NCBI RefSeq assembly: GCF_009914755.1
Contig: NC_060934.1
Reading direction: 5' to 3' (one strand)
Source: the human T2T-CHM13v2.0 reference genome, Homo sapiens
DNA: 64,000 nucleotides
A program made the translations under genes and the position numbers. The notes under the pieces were generated by a model. That model did no database searches. It saw nothing but the letters and a program-made list of their open reading frames with translations, and was not told the origin of the DNA. Below are positions 45,060-61,629 of the stretch, piece by piece (positions within the stretch are counted from its first letter, which is position 1; every line of letters starts with the position of its first letter).

Positions 45060-45215
45060 CAAGGTCTACAACCCTGGCTGTACATTACAATCACCTGGGG
45101 TGCCTTAAAAACACTACAGGATTTAAATCAGAATCTTGGAAGGTGGGGTAGGCACTGATAATTTTAAGAGCTCCCCAGGTGGGTCTACGGGTTGTTCCAG
45201 GGTTGAGAACCACTA
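45060..45215. mobile_element. MER5A-like MITE
   Basis: caaccctggctgtacatta.aatcacctgggg..aaatcagaatct..ctccccaggtg..cagggttgagaaccact. Confidence 0.75.
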
Positions 45216-45599
45216 AGCTGAACCAACATCAAAAAGACCACTGGACTAGCTAAAAAAAAAAAACAAAAACAAAAAAAAAACCACACCCTTTTAATAGAAA
45301 GCAATATTACAGAGTAATTTGTACTACTAAGAGTCAGCTCTGCCTTTAAGATATCTAGTTAGGGAGTTTGTACTGGGTGCTTTTTCTCAAAGTTCTGCTT
45401 CCAGTTTTGGAATTCATCAGCTCAAAGTGGGGAAAGCAAACAAGGAGACTCGAGTTCCTTCGTTCTGAGCTGTGGCTGTGCTGGGGCTTTCTTTGGCAGC
45501 CTGTGCCCACCCCATGTCTGCAGGCCTTCATCAGCGACTAAGGGGTCAGAGTCCAGCCCTTCTCGGCTCCAGGAGGAACAGCTGAGAGAATTAGAAGCA

Positions 45600-45900
45600 C
45601 TCAGCCCAGAGGAGGTATTTAAGAGACATACGATAGCTGGTTTCAAATATTTAAAGGACTGTCAAAATGTGAAGTTCAACTCCAGTTGTCCCTAAAGGAA
45701 GGCAGTGGATAACGAGTGCCAGCGATGGGGAAGCAGGTCTCTGCCCAACATCAGGAAGAATTTTCTAATCATCAGAGTTGTCCAAGGATGGAAGGGGCTG
45801 TCTTGTGAAGTAATGGGATGGCTGGGGCAAGGGACGAGTGACCACCTGTGACTGTGATGCTGGTAGATCCCCTCCCACTCAGCCCTCCAACTCCATGAGG
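45600..45900 (+). mobile_element. L3/CR1 3' fragment
   Basis: ttcaaatatttaaaggactgtc..aggaagaattttctaa..agagttgtccaa.gatggaa.gggctg.cttgtga. Confidence 0.6.
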
Positions 45901-46607
45901 CCAGAGACACTTACAAAGTCTTAAGCAAAATCCACTGGGAATGTTTCTTTTAACCAAAAGAAGCTTTCAAATAATAGTCTGAGCTCTGGCTAAGTGTCAG
46001 GCACTGCGCTAGGTGCTAGAAACGAAGGCAGTAAGCTAGACAGGGTCTGTTGTCATGGAGCTTATATGGGAGGCAACAGACAACATGTCAGACCATTTCT
46101 GACGGCCCCAATAAAATGGGGTGGTGACTGAAACTGCAGGGAGGCAGCTGCTTTAGATTGACAGGGGAGGCCTCCCTGGAGTGAGGATGTTTGAGCTGAG
46201 ACCCAAATGCAGAAGGCAAAGTGCGGCAGGCCAACTGGGGAGGTGGGGGGGCTCTTCAGTTTGACTCAGTACAAAATGAGAAGGACCTCAGATCACACAC
46301 AAAAATTAACTTGAAATAGATGAGAGACCTAAATGCGAGAGAGAAAACTATTAAAGTCTTAGAAGAAAACATAGCACAAATCTCCATGACCTTGAATTAG
46401 TCAAGGGTTTCTAAGACATGACACCAAAACCACAGCTCAAAGACAAATAAACAAACTGGACTTCATCAAAATAAAAAACTTTTGTGTTTCAAAAGACATC
46501 AGCAAGAAAGTAAAAGGAGAATCCCCAGAATGGGGGAAAATATTTTCAAGTCATTTGCAAATATTCTAGACAAAGGACTTATATCTGGAACATATAAAGA
46601 ACTCTTA

Positions 46608-47540
<933 letters not shown>

Positions 47541-48099
47541 AAAGAACTCTTACAACTCAATAATAAAAATATGTAATCCAATTTTAAAATGGGCAAAGGA
47601 TCTGAATAGATTTTTCTCCAAAGAGGAGGTACAAATGGCCAATAAGCACATGAAAAGATGCTCAAAGTCATTAGCAATTAGGGAAATGTAAATCAAATCA
47701 CAGTGAAATATCATTTCACATGCACTGGGATGGCTATAATCAAACTCGCAGATAATAAGTGATGGTGAGGATGTAGAGAAATTCACACCTGCATACACCG
47801 TGGGTAGGAATGTAAAATAGTGCAGCCACCTTGGAAAACAGTCTATCAGCTCCTCAGATGGTTAAACGTAGCGTCACCGGATGACTCAGCAATTCTATTC
47901 TGAGGCATCTACCTAAGAGAAATGAAAACTTACATCCACACAAAAACTTGTATGCAAATGTTCGTAGCAGCATTATATTATAAAATATATACATTATGTA
48001 ATGTTATGTAATAACTAAAACATGAAAATAACTCAAATGTCCACTACACGAGGAATGAACAAATAAAATGTGACTTATCTATACAATAGAATATTATTC

Positions 48100-48395
48100 T
48101 TTTTTTTGAGACAGAGTCTTGCTCTGTCGTCCAGGCTGGAGTACAGTGGTGCCATTACTGCAACCTCCACCTCCCTGGTTCAAGCAATTCCTCTGCCTTA
48201 GCCTCCTGACTAGCTGGGATTACAGGTGTGTGCCAACACACCCGGCTAATTTTTTTTTTTTTTTTTTTTTTTCTGTATTTTTAGTAGAGATGGGGTTTCA
48301 CCATGTTGGCCAGACTGATCTTGAACTCTTGACCTCAGACAATCTGCCCACCTCCCAAAGTGTTCGGATTACAGGTGTGAGCCACCATGCCCGGT
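48100..48395 (-). mobile_element. Alu with deletions
   Basis: Reverse Alu; tattcttttt at both flanks. Confidence 0.9.
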
Positions 48396-48399
48396 CTAT

Positions 48400-48968
<569 letters not shown>

Positions 48969-50329
48969 TGGAATATTATTCAGTTATAAAAAAGAATGAA
49001 GTTCTGATACATGCTACAACATGGATGAATCTCGAAAACATTATGCTGAGTGAAAGAAGCCAGACACAAGCAACCACACATTATATGATTCCATTTATAT
49101 GAAATGTCCAGAAAAGGCAAACATATATAGGGAGAAAGTAGATTTGTGGTTGCCGAGAGCTGTGGGGTGGGTGGGTGGCTGTCAGGGATAAGGAGACTGC
49201 TAATGGGGCCTCTTTCTGGGATGATGAAAATGTTTAAAAATGACTGTGGTTGAGAGTTGCACTATCTGTGAATGAACTAAAAACCATTTAATTGTACACT
49301 TCAAATGGTTGCATTGTATGATATGAATTCCATTTCAGCAAAGCTATTGTTTAAAAAGTTAGAAGGGAGACAATGTACCTCTTGGTTAAGGGGTTCTTGT
49401 CAGAAAGAACTCTATTTCTCCATCTTCTCAGCCTGTCTAATTCCTGCAAGAGCCAATCAAGACCCACCACCTCCTAGAAATCTCCCTGGGCTGCCTCAGC
49501 CCTGGTGCTCCCTCTGCCCCCTCCTCCGGTGCACAGCATGCTTGTGTGGGTAGACGCCATGCTATGTCCATTAATCTTGGGGAAATGTATGCTGGACCTC
49601 TGCAATCATCTCTGCAGTGATCACATTGCCCATCACCAACTCTGGCACACAGCAGCAGCTGTGCCTGGCTGGTTAAGGAGAAAGGCTGACTTTAAGAGAA
49701 CACACCTGGTTCCCCAGGCTCAGCAACAAAGAAACCGGCTCTTTAACACTGAGAATTGGAAAGAACTGATTCCTAAAATATCCTGCTCTCTTTGCCTGGA
49801 GAGATCACTGGCCCCGGTAGACCCTGATGTGCAGGAAAAATTTCCCAATCATGCGGCAAAACGGGGAATGCCATCAGCTCCTGTTTGGCCTCCAGGATAG
49901 AGAAACTGCACTTAAAATCCACTAACCCTGTTCTGACACTGGAAGATCCTATGGCTAGGTGAAATCGGCTCACCTTCTCTGGAAACACATTTCTCCCCTA
50001 GTTCCCAGTCCTGACTGTGGGTTTGGGCCAGCCTTCTCCCATGTGATCTCACCCACCCTCCACCCCTTCTCCAGACCTCACTGGGTCCCCCTCTACTCAC
50101 AGTTCTCCCCTTCTCTGAAACCTTTACAAGGCACCTGCAACCATAGTGCCCACTGCAGCACTGGAGACTCAGATGGCCAATTTCATGCCTGACCGTTCCC
50201 CCAACCCATTCCCAGAATCATTCTCGACTGGATTACAAAGTCCTTGAAAGCAAATATTTGATCCGGGCTTCCTTTGTTTTCTCTACAACGTCTAATGACT
50301 TGGTAGATCCTCAGTAAAGCCATGTTACT

Positions 50330-51130
50330 TGTCTGATAAAATTCAGTCCAGTCCCGTCAAGAAGGATTGGGCGCTTATTACGTGCTGGGCTCTGTGCTAG
50401 ACACTGGCAACACAAAGTCAAATAAAACACAGCTCCAGTCCCAGGGAGCTCTGGTGTGGTGAGAAAGAGCAGTACTAAGGGACAATGTGCTGTAAGGCTA
50501 GGTCAAGAGCTGTGCCTGTTCCCAGGGAACCCCAGGAGAGGCACCACTCTGGAAGGCTTCCTAGCAGAGGTGATGCCAGAGTGACAGATAAGGAAGGTAG
50601 GCTGGGTGAAGAGGTGAGGGTTGTGGTGGTGGAAGGGTACCCTAGGCAAAAGAAACAGCATAAGCAAAGGCTGAGGGCTAGGGGAGGGGGCATGACACAG
50701 CCTGAGTTCCCTGGGAGAGCCAGGGCCAGCTGGGGTGACTGGAGCCTGGAGCCCAAGGCAGTGAGAGGCAGGAGGTAAACTGAGTCCCAGCTCTGAGGCT
50801 TGAGGGAATGATGGGGGCAGAAGAGGGAGGAGGGCAAGGGGGCGAAGAAGCACAAGGTCAAAGCCAGCTGAAGTGTTTCTTCGGTGGAGAACTTGGCATA
50901 GTTTGGGATTGGAGAGAGAGGCGAGAACAGGTGTCGGGGAGATCTAAGGACTGAAGGAGGAATAGATGAGCATGTGAGGGAGCCCAGAAGGAGCAAAGGG
51001 CCCTGGAGCAGGGGGCAGGCAGGACGATGAAGCAGGCTTGGCAATGAGAGAGAGTGTGGGCAGTGAAATGCGTGGGGTCCCTAGAGGAGGGGGGGAGATG
51101 GGAGCCCAGGAGGGGCTGCTTAGAGATCAA
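50330..51130 (-). mobile_element. L2 fragment
   Basis: gcgcttattacgtgctgggctctgtgctag and typical L2 body. Confidence 0.55.
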
Positions 51131-52394
51131 GAAATCTCACCCCAAAGGCTCTGGGCCCCCAGATGGTCCACACTCAGGATGCAGTGGAGTGACTAGAATA
51201 GATCTCAGAGTGGGAGTGGGTTCCCCAGGGAGACCCTAGTTCCTGGAGGGGCACAGGGTGCTTCACCTGCTCATTTTTGGAGAGTTCAGAGTGACTAAGA
51301 CCCTGAGGCATTCAATGCAGGGAGCGTTAGCGACTTTTGAAAAATGAGAGAAACTAAGTGCCAGAAGTCAATGACTTTGTTTCACGCTCAATTCGCTCCC
51401 AGGCACCGGATCTGAGAGCAAACCTTTTAAATCTCCCCTCCTGCTCCCAAACTTGGCTCAAAATGTGGAGCAACTGGAATGAGGAAAGGGGATTCTTTTG
51501 AGCCCCCAAGCTGCTTCTCCCTGCCCCTTCCTTCCGTGTGGCCAGAGGGGACCCTCCTCTCTGCCACAGCCAACTCCAGGACGTCATTTGCTCCCAGGTC
51601 CCCTCAGGAGGGGAAGAAGGGACCTGCCAAGCTGGCTGGAGAAGAGTCCTGCGCAGCGGCCAGGGCAGCCTGCCAGGGGCTGCATCTGGTCGGGCTTCCC
51701 GCCCCAATTCCCCGGTTCCTCATCAGGCTGAGGTTGAGGTGAGAGGAGAAACACACAGCCAGCCCTCCTCCCCCAGTGCCCCCTCAAAGTCACGTCATCC
51801 AAGCATTCCCTGGGGAGGGCGGCCCCCTCCCTCTGACCTCAGCCTGTTTTGCTTGGCCAGAGCCCACCCCCAGTGAGCCTGTCCCCTCCCCACACCCTTG
51901 CTCACACCCAGGCCCATGCAGGGAAAGGCGTGAGCTATAGATTCCAGCCCTCCCAGGCTGCACACCAAAGCCCCCAGATAAGGGGCGGGGGGGTTGGGCG
52001 CCCCTCCCAGCCATGTCTTCTGAGATGCCAGCTGGGCTCCAGAGGGTGGCTGGGGGCTGGCGCACATGGCCAGAACTTCCCTTGTCTTCTACCCTCTAAG
52101 TGGCATCTCCCCCAGCTTTAACCAAGGGGTCAGGGCCGGGGAGAAACACAGGGAAGCCCAATGTGTACAGCCAAAACCAATTCAGGGATTCAATCCTAGC
52201 TTTGCCTCTTAACTGGTGTAAGATCTTGGACAAATCAACGAGTTTCTCTGACCCTGCATTTCCTCGCCTAGACAATGAGGGTAATAAGAGGGTATGCCTC
52301 TGATGGTTTCAGTGAGGATTAAATGGGATAATGCATCCAAAGCACTTAGCACGTGCCTGGCCCACAGAAAACATTTAATGTATGGTCGTTCATT

Positions 52395-52679
<285 letters not shown>

Positions 52680-52800
52680 GTTCATTCTTTTTATTTCCTA
52701 GATTTCCTGGGAATTCTAACACCAGTGGCAGTGCCAAGGGAAGCTTAATCCCCACCTTTACAATCTCCATCAGCCAGCTCCAGACACAAGTGGGAGATCT

Positions 52801-53118
52801 GTTGTTCTTGTTATTATTATTTGAGGCAGGGTCTCACTCTGTCACCCAGGCTGGAGTGCAATAGCATGATCTCTGCTCACTGCAGCCTCGACCTCCTGGG
52901 CTCAAGCCATCCTCCTGCCTCAGCTCCCCTGCCCCCCACCACCAGTAGCTGGGACTACAGGGGCGCATCACCATGCTGGGTTAATTTTTTGTATTTTTTG
53001 TAGAGATGGGGTTTCATCCTGTTGCCCAGGCTGGTCTCAAATTCCTGGAGTCAAGTGATCCTCTTGCCTCGGCCTCCCAAAGAGCTAGGATTACAGGCAT
53101 AAGCCACTCCACCTGGCC
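52801..53118 (-). mobile_element. Alu (AluJ-like)
   Basis: TSD-like ctgttgtt. Confidence 0.9.
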
Positions 53119-53149
53119 CTGTTGTTATTATTTTATTCTTACTTCATCC

Positions 53150-53440
<291 letters not shown>

Positions 53441-53989
53441 TTATTTCATCCTTCTCATTTGACTTATTTGTGTAATTATTTCTCTTGAGTAATAGGCCAT
53501 TGACCTTTTCTGGATGTTATACATACTGTGCACAAAAGCAACTTTATTAAACTTGCTATTTTTTGTTATTTGGAATACACACTCTAAGCAAAGACAGGGT
53601 GCTTCCTATGCAGATGTAACCCCTAGCTGTCCAAGTTCCCTGCAGAAATTCTGGAGCTCTCACACAGCTGCACACATACACAGGTTCTTCCCTGGCATCC
53701 TGCCATGGCCCCCCATTCCCTAAATCTAACACCAAACTTCTCATTCAGCCTCACACAAGCTCTGCCCTGATGCAGCACTCAGCCATGAGGGCATGGTGGC
53801 GGGGGAGCAGCACTTTCATGCCTGTTAACGAGGACCCCAGGAAGCCTGGAGCAAGCTCAGGGCAGCCTCTTCCCAGGGAGGGTGAAGAAGCTTACTTCTA
53901 ACTAACTCACAGCCTCAAAGGAAACTGATCTGAATACCACCACCAAGCCCCCTTAGAGAATACCCCCTCTCTCCAAGGAACAATCCTCT

Positions 53990-54400
53990 AAACCCAAAGT
54001 AATAAGCTGAACCACCCAAAAAAATTTTTAAATGGACCAAGAATATAAATAAGCATTTACCAAAGAAGAAATACATATGGCTAACCCATACATGCTAAGA
54101 CACTCCATCATCTCATGTGTAACTGAAAAAAGCCAAATCAGAACGACAAGATGTTATTTCTTTTCTATCTGGCTGGCAGAAACAATCACGTTTGGTCAGA
54201 TAGGTGCTGAAGTTATGAGGAAATAGATAGGTCTCAGACTTCGTGGGAGGGAGCTGAATTCTTTCAGGAGGGCCATTTGCCAACATATATCAAAATGAGA
54301 AATGCAAACTGACCCACCAATTCCCCTGCTAGGAATTTATCTTGGGGAATAAATTCACAAAAGTGTGTCAAGTTATATGTTCAAAGATGTTTTTGGCAGG
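53990..54400 (+). mobile_element. Old L1ME-like fragment
   Basis: aagaagaaatacatatggctaa; gacccaccaattcccctgctaggaatttatc. Confidence 0.6.
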
Positions 54401-56061
54401 ATCCATCAAGTTGTCCTGGGAATCCTCAGAATAAATACTTTGCAACTGTCTCAAAATCTAGGTAGCCTAGGTTTGCTGACAGGGAGAGAGGATGTGCCAC
54501 GGATGCCATGAGAAAAGCAGCATGCAGAAAAATCCGTCTCTTTTGCAGAAGTCACCTTGAAGGCAATGCTGGCTTTGTGTAAGAAGGTGGCATTCCTGAT
54601 TCAGGCCAGAGTTGACCCTTAACACCCACCTTGATTGAGACTGGCTTTAACCACTGCCCTTACAGGGTTGGGAGCATTATTCTGGCTGGCCTCATCACTG
54701 GGCTCCACCATTTCATGGCAACTGAGGCACAGAGGGAGGCCACCCTAGCAAGTTCCATGTGCTAGGCTCTGCACTGGAGACAGCCATACATCATTAAGCC
54801 CATGTAACCCATATACAAATCCTTGGGATGGGTACAAGCCCATCTAACAGAAGAAGATGCTGAGGGTCCAAAAGGATCAGTGACTTGCCCAAGGTCACAC
54901 AGCTGGGATGTATTAACAGTAGAGCTTGGATTCCAGTCCCGGTGGGACTGATTCCAAACCCTGTGTTTTGTCCCTGCCTCATGGCGTGGCCTCACACTAC
55001 AACTCACAGACTTTGGAAAGCTGAGGGAGCTTGGTGAGCCTAGGGAGTGGGAGGCAGGGAGGTGCCTGCAGACATGGCTGAGATGAGGGAAAGAAGGGCA
55101 GCGGGCAGGGGACAGGCTTCAGCTGGGACAGCCATGCCAGGCCAGTCAGCGTGTCAAGGCCGCACTCACTCCTGCAGAACAATGAAAAGAGACATCTCAG
55201 CACCCACACCCTAATGCCTCACTCGAGAGTGTCCCCTGAGATGTGTCCCTCATATTGTCCCTTGCCAGCTGACGGCCACTCCCCAACCCCTGGGAGGAAA
55301 TGTATTGGCTTGCGGGGCTATTTTGAAGCTCTGAGGAATGTGCCTGACCTGGCACTCCCCTGGGAAACCCCTCATCCACTGACTGGCTCAGACCAAGCAC
55401 CCTCCTTCTGCAGAAACCTCCAGGTGGCCCCAAGGGGAGGGTGGGCAGGCATGGAGTTTGTTTCTTTCGGTGGCTTGGAGCTTTGATTTCCTCGTCTTTA
55501 AAATGGGAAGGCATGAGGAAGGGCAGAGTTGGGAAATAACTGCAAGCTCTCCCTTAGCTTCTAATATTCTCTGTTCTCTGGGCTTTTCTGTGGCCAGGGG
55601 AGGTTTATTTGGAGGAATGCTGAAGCAGTCCCGAACTCAGCCCTTGCCCAAGCAAGTCCAGCTTCCAGCACAGAGGCTGGGTCAACCCGGAGGGGAAGCC
55701 ACACAGCATCCACCGAGCCTCTGAGAACATTTTCCTTATCCTGATCTGAATCTACTTCCTGCTAATGCCCGCCCATACCCACTAGTTCTGCCTCTGGGGC
55801 CACAGAGAACATATCAAAATCCTCTCCTGAAAGAGGACATTTCACATAGCCCCTCTCCCGGCATCCCCTCGGCTTGAGGATAACCAGCCCTACTTCCTGT
55901 GGCTTCTGGTGACCAGTCCTGTGTCTCCACCATCCAGGCTGCCCTCCTACCCTGCTCTCATAAAATGTACACCAGGACCTGAATCCAACCTTCACCTGTG
56001 TAGACCAGGTGTAGACAGGCAGAGAGGGCAGAATGGAAGCAACTCTTGCCATGTCATCTCT

Positions 56062-56337
<276 letters not shown>

Positions 56338-57012
56338 TCTCTCTAAACTTTCTAAATCCTAAACCTCTACAAATGCATTCCAAGAAATGTGAATTCTGTG
56401 AATGCATCCCTAGGATTTGGAGAGGCATTTATACTGCTGGCTTCTGCTGGCTCCCAAACAACCCCAACCCTGACACCTCACACACCTGCTTCCATGAAAA
56501 CCAAACCTCCTGCTGCCTACACTTGGGCCGCTGATTTCATCAGCGCCCATTACATTTTCTTTTCCTAGGACAGTATCATTTGTTGAGAATTTACTCAAGG
56601 TATAATGGCTGTTAACAGGCGTTGCAGGGAGGAGGGAAAGGGGAGTTATTATTTAATTGATACAGTTTCAATTTTGCAAGAGGTGGGTGTTTTATTCTTT
56701 TTGATGCTAATAAAAATGGAATTGTTTTCTTAATTTCCTCTTTGAATTGTTCATTCGAAACTCATTACATTTACATCTGTTCAGTTCTAAGCACTCTCTC
56801 TCCTTCCTCCCTGGTCACCTGTAAATGTGAACAGGATGCCATCAAAATATCATCCAAGTCACTGACCAACATTCCAGGTCAGAGACAGAGCATAGAGTCC
56901 TGTGGCATGCCCCTAGAGACTCTCCTTCCGGACAGCACTGACACACTTGGCTTAGTTCTGTATGAAGCTGAGAACAGGGTGCTCCTGGGTAAAACACAGC
57001 ATCCGTAACAAA

Positions 57013-57314
57013 TTTTTTTTTTTTTTTTTTTTTGAGACGGAGTCTCGCTCTGTCACCCAGGCTGGGGTGCAGTGGCGCAATCTCGGCTCACCGCAAGCTC
57101 CACCTCCCGGGTTCTCGCCATTCTCCTGCCTCAGCCTCCTGAGTAGCTGGGACTACAGGCTCCTGCCACCACGCCCGGCTAATTTTTTGTGTTTTTAGTA
57201 GAGATAGGGTTTCACCATGTTAGCCAGGATGGTCTCAATCTCCTGACCTCGTGATCGGCCCACCTCGGCCTCCCAAAGTGCTGGGATTACAGGCGTGAGC
57301 CACCGTGCACGGCC
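57013..57314 (-). mobile_element. AluY-like element
   Basis: caagctcc, ttagccaggatggtctc, gacctcgtgatc. Confidence 0.93.
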
Positions 57315-60300
57315 AATTATTTTATTTTTCAAACCTAAGAGGAGCTCCCAATATGAAAGTATTGTCAGCAAGTTTTCTCATAAAATGAGAAATCTTGTAA
57401 ATTAAACAAATCACAAATTGGCCTGCTTTGCACATCCAGAGTTTCATGACCTCTAGCTAATAAAGATGCCCATGTTTGCTCAGGTCACCATGTGTTGGGC
57501 TCCTGGCTGGGCATTTCAGGCACATCCATGCTATCATCATCCCTATTCTCCAAGTGAGGATACTTGGGCTCAGAGAGGTTCGGTGACTTGCCTAAGGTCA
57601 CACAGATATAAACCCAGATGCATGTCCAGGTCTGTTGGACTCCAAAACTGTTCTTTCCACTGTGTGGTGCTGCCTCTCAGGTTTCCTTAAGGAGGCTGCA
57701 CCTGTTTACATATTCTCTCCAGACTAAGCCCAGAACTCCATCCCAGGCCTCCAGCAGACTCCCCAGCTCCTGCAGGTGATCAAACAGCTTCAGATCTACT
57801 GAGAAACATGCAGATCCTAGGAGACAGAGGATCCCAGGATTCTGATGGAACTGGCTGTCCATGCTAGAATTTTCCCCCTAGTGAGTGTAATTCCTTCCAG
57901 GTCCCGGAGCACATTTTAGAGCCGGGCACTTTGTAATTCTGGTTAATGTCAGTCATCTCAGCTACTCTGTAACCTCCCTTCTCTCCAGGCATGAAATTGT
58001 TTTGGTTCACCCGTGAATCTTCAGCACCTGATATGGTGTGTGGCACACAGTAGGCACTTAATAAATGCTGGTTGGAAGAGCAAAAGATCAGATGAGATAA
58101 CGGACATGGCCATGCTTTTCATAAGGTTGGCAAAGGGTAGCATGGTCACCATTAGGTAATTAGGAAACCCTGCCTGGAGGATGCTTCGGCCCGGCTAATG
58201 GAGGGATAACTCGTAGAATGAGCAAGAGGTAGGGAGAGACCCACAGGGCATGGAAGTGATCAAGGGATGAATCCAGTTCCTTCCACAGGAGGATGTCCCC
58301 AGGCGAATCTGTCATCCTGACAGGTCCACAACCATTGCAGATGACCACATTGAATAAATCAGCCAGGGAGCTCAGGGTGGATGAGGGGTGGGAGGGAGAT
58401 GTCACCTCTTCGGAGCCATGGAAACTAGGCCCTCAGCAAGTTCATGTACACCAAGGCGATGTATTTGGGATGGTGATAAAAACTGGGCCACTTCTGGGCG
58501 GGGCTGGTGGAATTCCTGCTGCTCCTCAGGCCCACTCCTCTTCCTTTCCCTCAGCCTGGAATGCCCACTCCCTCCTTTCTCCCTTCTCACCTCTCACCCA
58601 TCCTTCAAGGCCTTCACTCCCGGTAACACTACTGAAATGGAGTGTCTATCATGGTATCATGCAAAGAGAATGTGGTTTGGAGTTAGAAAGACATGTGGGT
58701 TCAGGCCCAGCTCCACCACCCATGAGCTGTGTGGTGTTGGGCAAGCTACATGACTCTCTGAGCCTCAGTCCTGTATTTGTAAAGTGAACCTCACAGGAGT
58801 GCTTTGAGAATTAAAGAGGTCATGGACACATAGGTACATAGCACACCGCCTGGCACACCACATTCTCAGTGCACCGTGACTTCCTTCCAGCCCCTTCCTA
58901 GACATCCCATGCGGTTTGTGGTACCCAGTTCTGCTGGGCCTGGTGGATTATTTGTCCATGCAAGGAGCTCTGCTCTCTACAACTAGACTATGAGCTTTTG
59001 AAGGAGGGGCTATGCCATCTCTGCATAGTCCTCAGATAGAGCAGTACTGAAGTCATGGGGCCTAGATTTGAATTCCGGCTCTGCCACACAGTCTACGTGA
59101 CCATGGGCAGACGTCCCAACACCTGCCAGAGCCACTGGTTCCTCAGCTGTAAAACGGGGATGACAAGAGTGGATGAGAACAGTCGTGCCCCGCAGAGGAC
59201 TGCTGTGAGGCTCTAGGAAGGTGCACAGAGCCTGGCCTGGTTCCCTGTGCAGAATTACAGCTCAGTAAATGCTGGAGACCATGATCATCATCCCTGCAGG
59301 GCCTGGCACGGCAGGCAGGGGCACTGGCACATCTTTTGGGAGAGAGGAAAGTCTACGTAATAAGATGCTACAGTTCTCTGTTTTTGTATTTTGGGTAATG
59401 GGGATGATGGGTAGGTAGCCAGACTCTAGGCAGGAAGCGAATGCTTACGCTAGGGAGAGAAAGTTAGTAAGCGAGTGTGAGTGCCAGGTCCCAAATCAGC
59501 TGAAGGAACAAGAGTCCATTCTCCACACCTGGGAGTTCTTCCTGATGATTCATGAACAACATTCTCATGTTGCAAGTCCAGTGAGCGATTTTACCACCAC
59601 TCCTCAAATGAGCTTCCCCAAGCTCATTAAAGTAAGCAGCTCAGCAGCTCAGAATTTGGTCAGCTTGGAAGCATCACCCTCCCTGGGGGTGGCCCTGAGA
59701 TAACCCAACCTAACTTTTTAATTAAAACAAGTTGACTCCTGGGTCTCCTTCCATGAAAGTCAGGCTGCTTGGCCCTACAGACTTTTCAGGCTTCACAAGC
59801 TCTACCTGGTGGTGGAAAGTGGGTGGGAGAAGCCAAACTTCTTATCACTCAATATTCCACTTCCAGAGTCAGGGAGCCCTCCTGGCTGAGATGCTGCCGA
59901 GATCCCAAGGGCAGGGCCTCTGCTAGAGCCATCAGCCCTATGGCCAAGTGTCTATCTTCATTTCAGACCAGGATGAGGAATCTCTTCCTGTGAATCTGCC
60001 TTTTGGGTCTTTGGAGAACAAAGACTGTTTGTGTTCTGTACTTCGTCCTCTCTCCTCCTAACCTCTCCCCCAGCCCTAGTCACAGTTGGACGATTGCTTG
60101 GGTGAGCCACGATACATACGTTGGTGCATTCATTTATTTCCCAGTTGAAAGGTGGTGTTGCGATTTCTGCAGCTGCATCTGGAATACACACACACTTGCT
60201 TTTTTTAATGGGGCAGTCACCCGTTGCAGCTCAAGCTGTCTTGATGGTTCTTCCACCCTTTTGAAGTCTCCACCACATCTTTTGCCTACTGAGTGGGAAG

Positions 60301-61629
60301 TTCCATGCTGCTGGGTTCTTATTTTCTTAACACAGTGGAAATATTTGGCCTTTTCCATAATATTTGGCTCTCCTGGTACAATACATAGACAGCACTTTTT
60401 AATGTTGTGATTTCAAGGGACTGTTTATTTAATAGTGATCTGTAGGATACCACACACTGCTGTGGGAGGCCAGCCCTGCAGACAGGGTGGGGTGCAAACA
60501 AAGGAGCCATCTAGAATTCTGTGCTCCTAACCCACTTCTGGGAGGCACGCAGGCATCCGATCTTCTCTTAAAGACTGTAATTTATTATGCCTCTTTTAAG
60601 TTAAAGAGGCTCTCTGAGTTACTCCCTTAAGACCCCCTACCCCAGAAAGCAATAAAGGCGACTAAAATGAACATTTGTGAGGGTAAGAAGGTAATGCCAC
60701 TTTTAAAAGGAAGGATTTTGTTTGTTTTTTTAAATAGGTCTGGTTCTAGCCTTTGAAGATGATGGATTAACATGTAATCCTGTGTCAACCACCCAGCAAG
60801 TATTTACTGAGCACCTGCTAAGTGCAAAGCTCCATGAAGCAAGGCAGTGCAAGGACGGAGGGAGGCAGGAAAGGGCAGAAAGACCGTGATGCCGCCTGTG
60901 CAGAGTTTATAATGTAATCAATCAGACAATCACATAACATGCGCATAACATAGGACCTAAAGCTATGCTTAAGCCTTGCTGGAACAAGGCAAGGTAAAAG
61001 CAAGGACAAAAAAGGTAAGACTTCAGTAATGGTCCACTCCAGCAATACAGTTAGGACTAATTATCCATTGAATGGCTCAGGCCAAAAGTCGGGTTGCATT
61101 AGGTAGGATTCTTTTACATATAATTATCCCCAGCAAATAAGACCAACTTATTTCCACTTGCAAGCAAAGCTACAGGTCCCAATTTAAACAGAGCTAAATC
61201 CCAAAACTGGCTTCTGTGAGTGGGTGACATCTGGGGAAGGTCTGCAGCTCCACCCCCACCCCAGGTAGACTCAGGTGAAGCAATACCTCTCAGGGGCCAT
61301 TTCTGGAGCAATCCACAAGAATGGCCAGTGAGGCTTCCAGGCCCTGAGCAAAGAGGGGAAAACAAGATAAGAGAGGTTTATTTCGGATTAAGTAAAAAAA
61401 CAAAGGAGGCTTAGTTTTGAAAAACTGCCTGAGTTCTTAAGATAATGGAGGAAGGTTTCGGGTTTCTGGTCCTATCAGTGAGAACTGGGTAGGAAATTAT
61501 AAAAAGAACTTTCATTCCAGACAAGGGAGACAGGCCAGGAAGGAATGATAGGAAGAGATTAAAACTCACTATGTCTTCCAATGTAGGCTGAATCGGTCCT
61601 TAGGGAGAAGTGCCAATAGGCTGGAAGGT

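Noticed and set aside
50475-51044. 189-aa ORF
   Set aside because: Lies in a degenerate L2 and has a Pro/Leu/Ser-biased composition.
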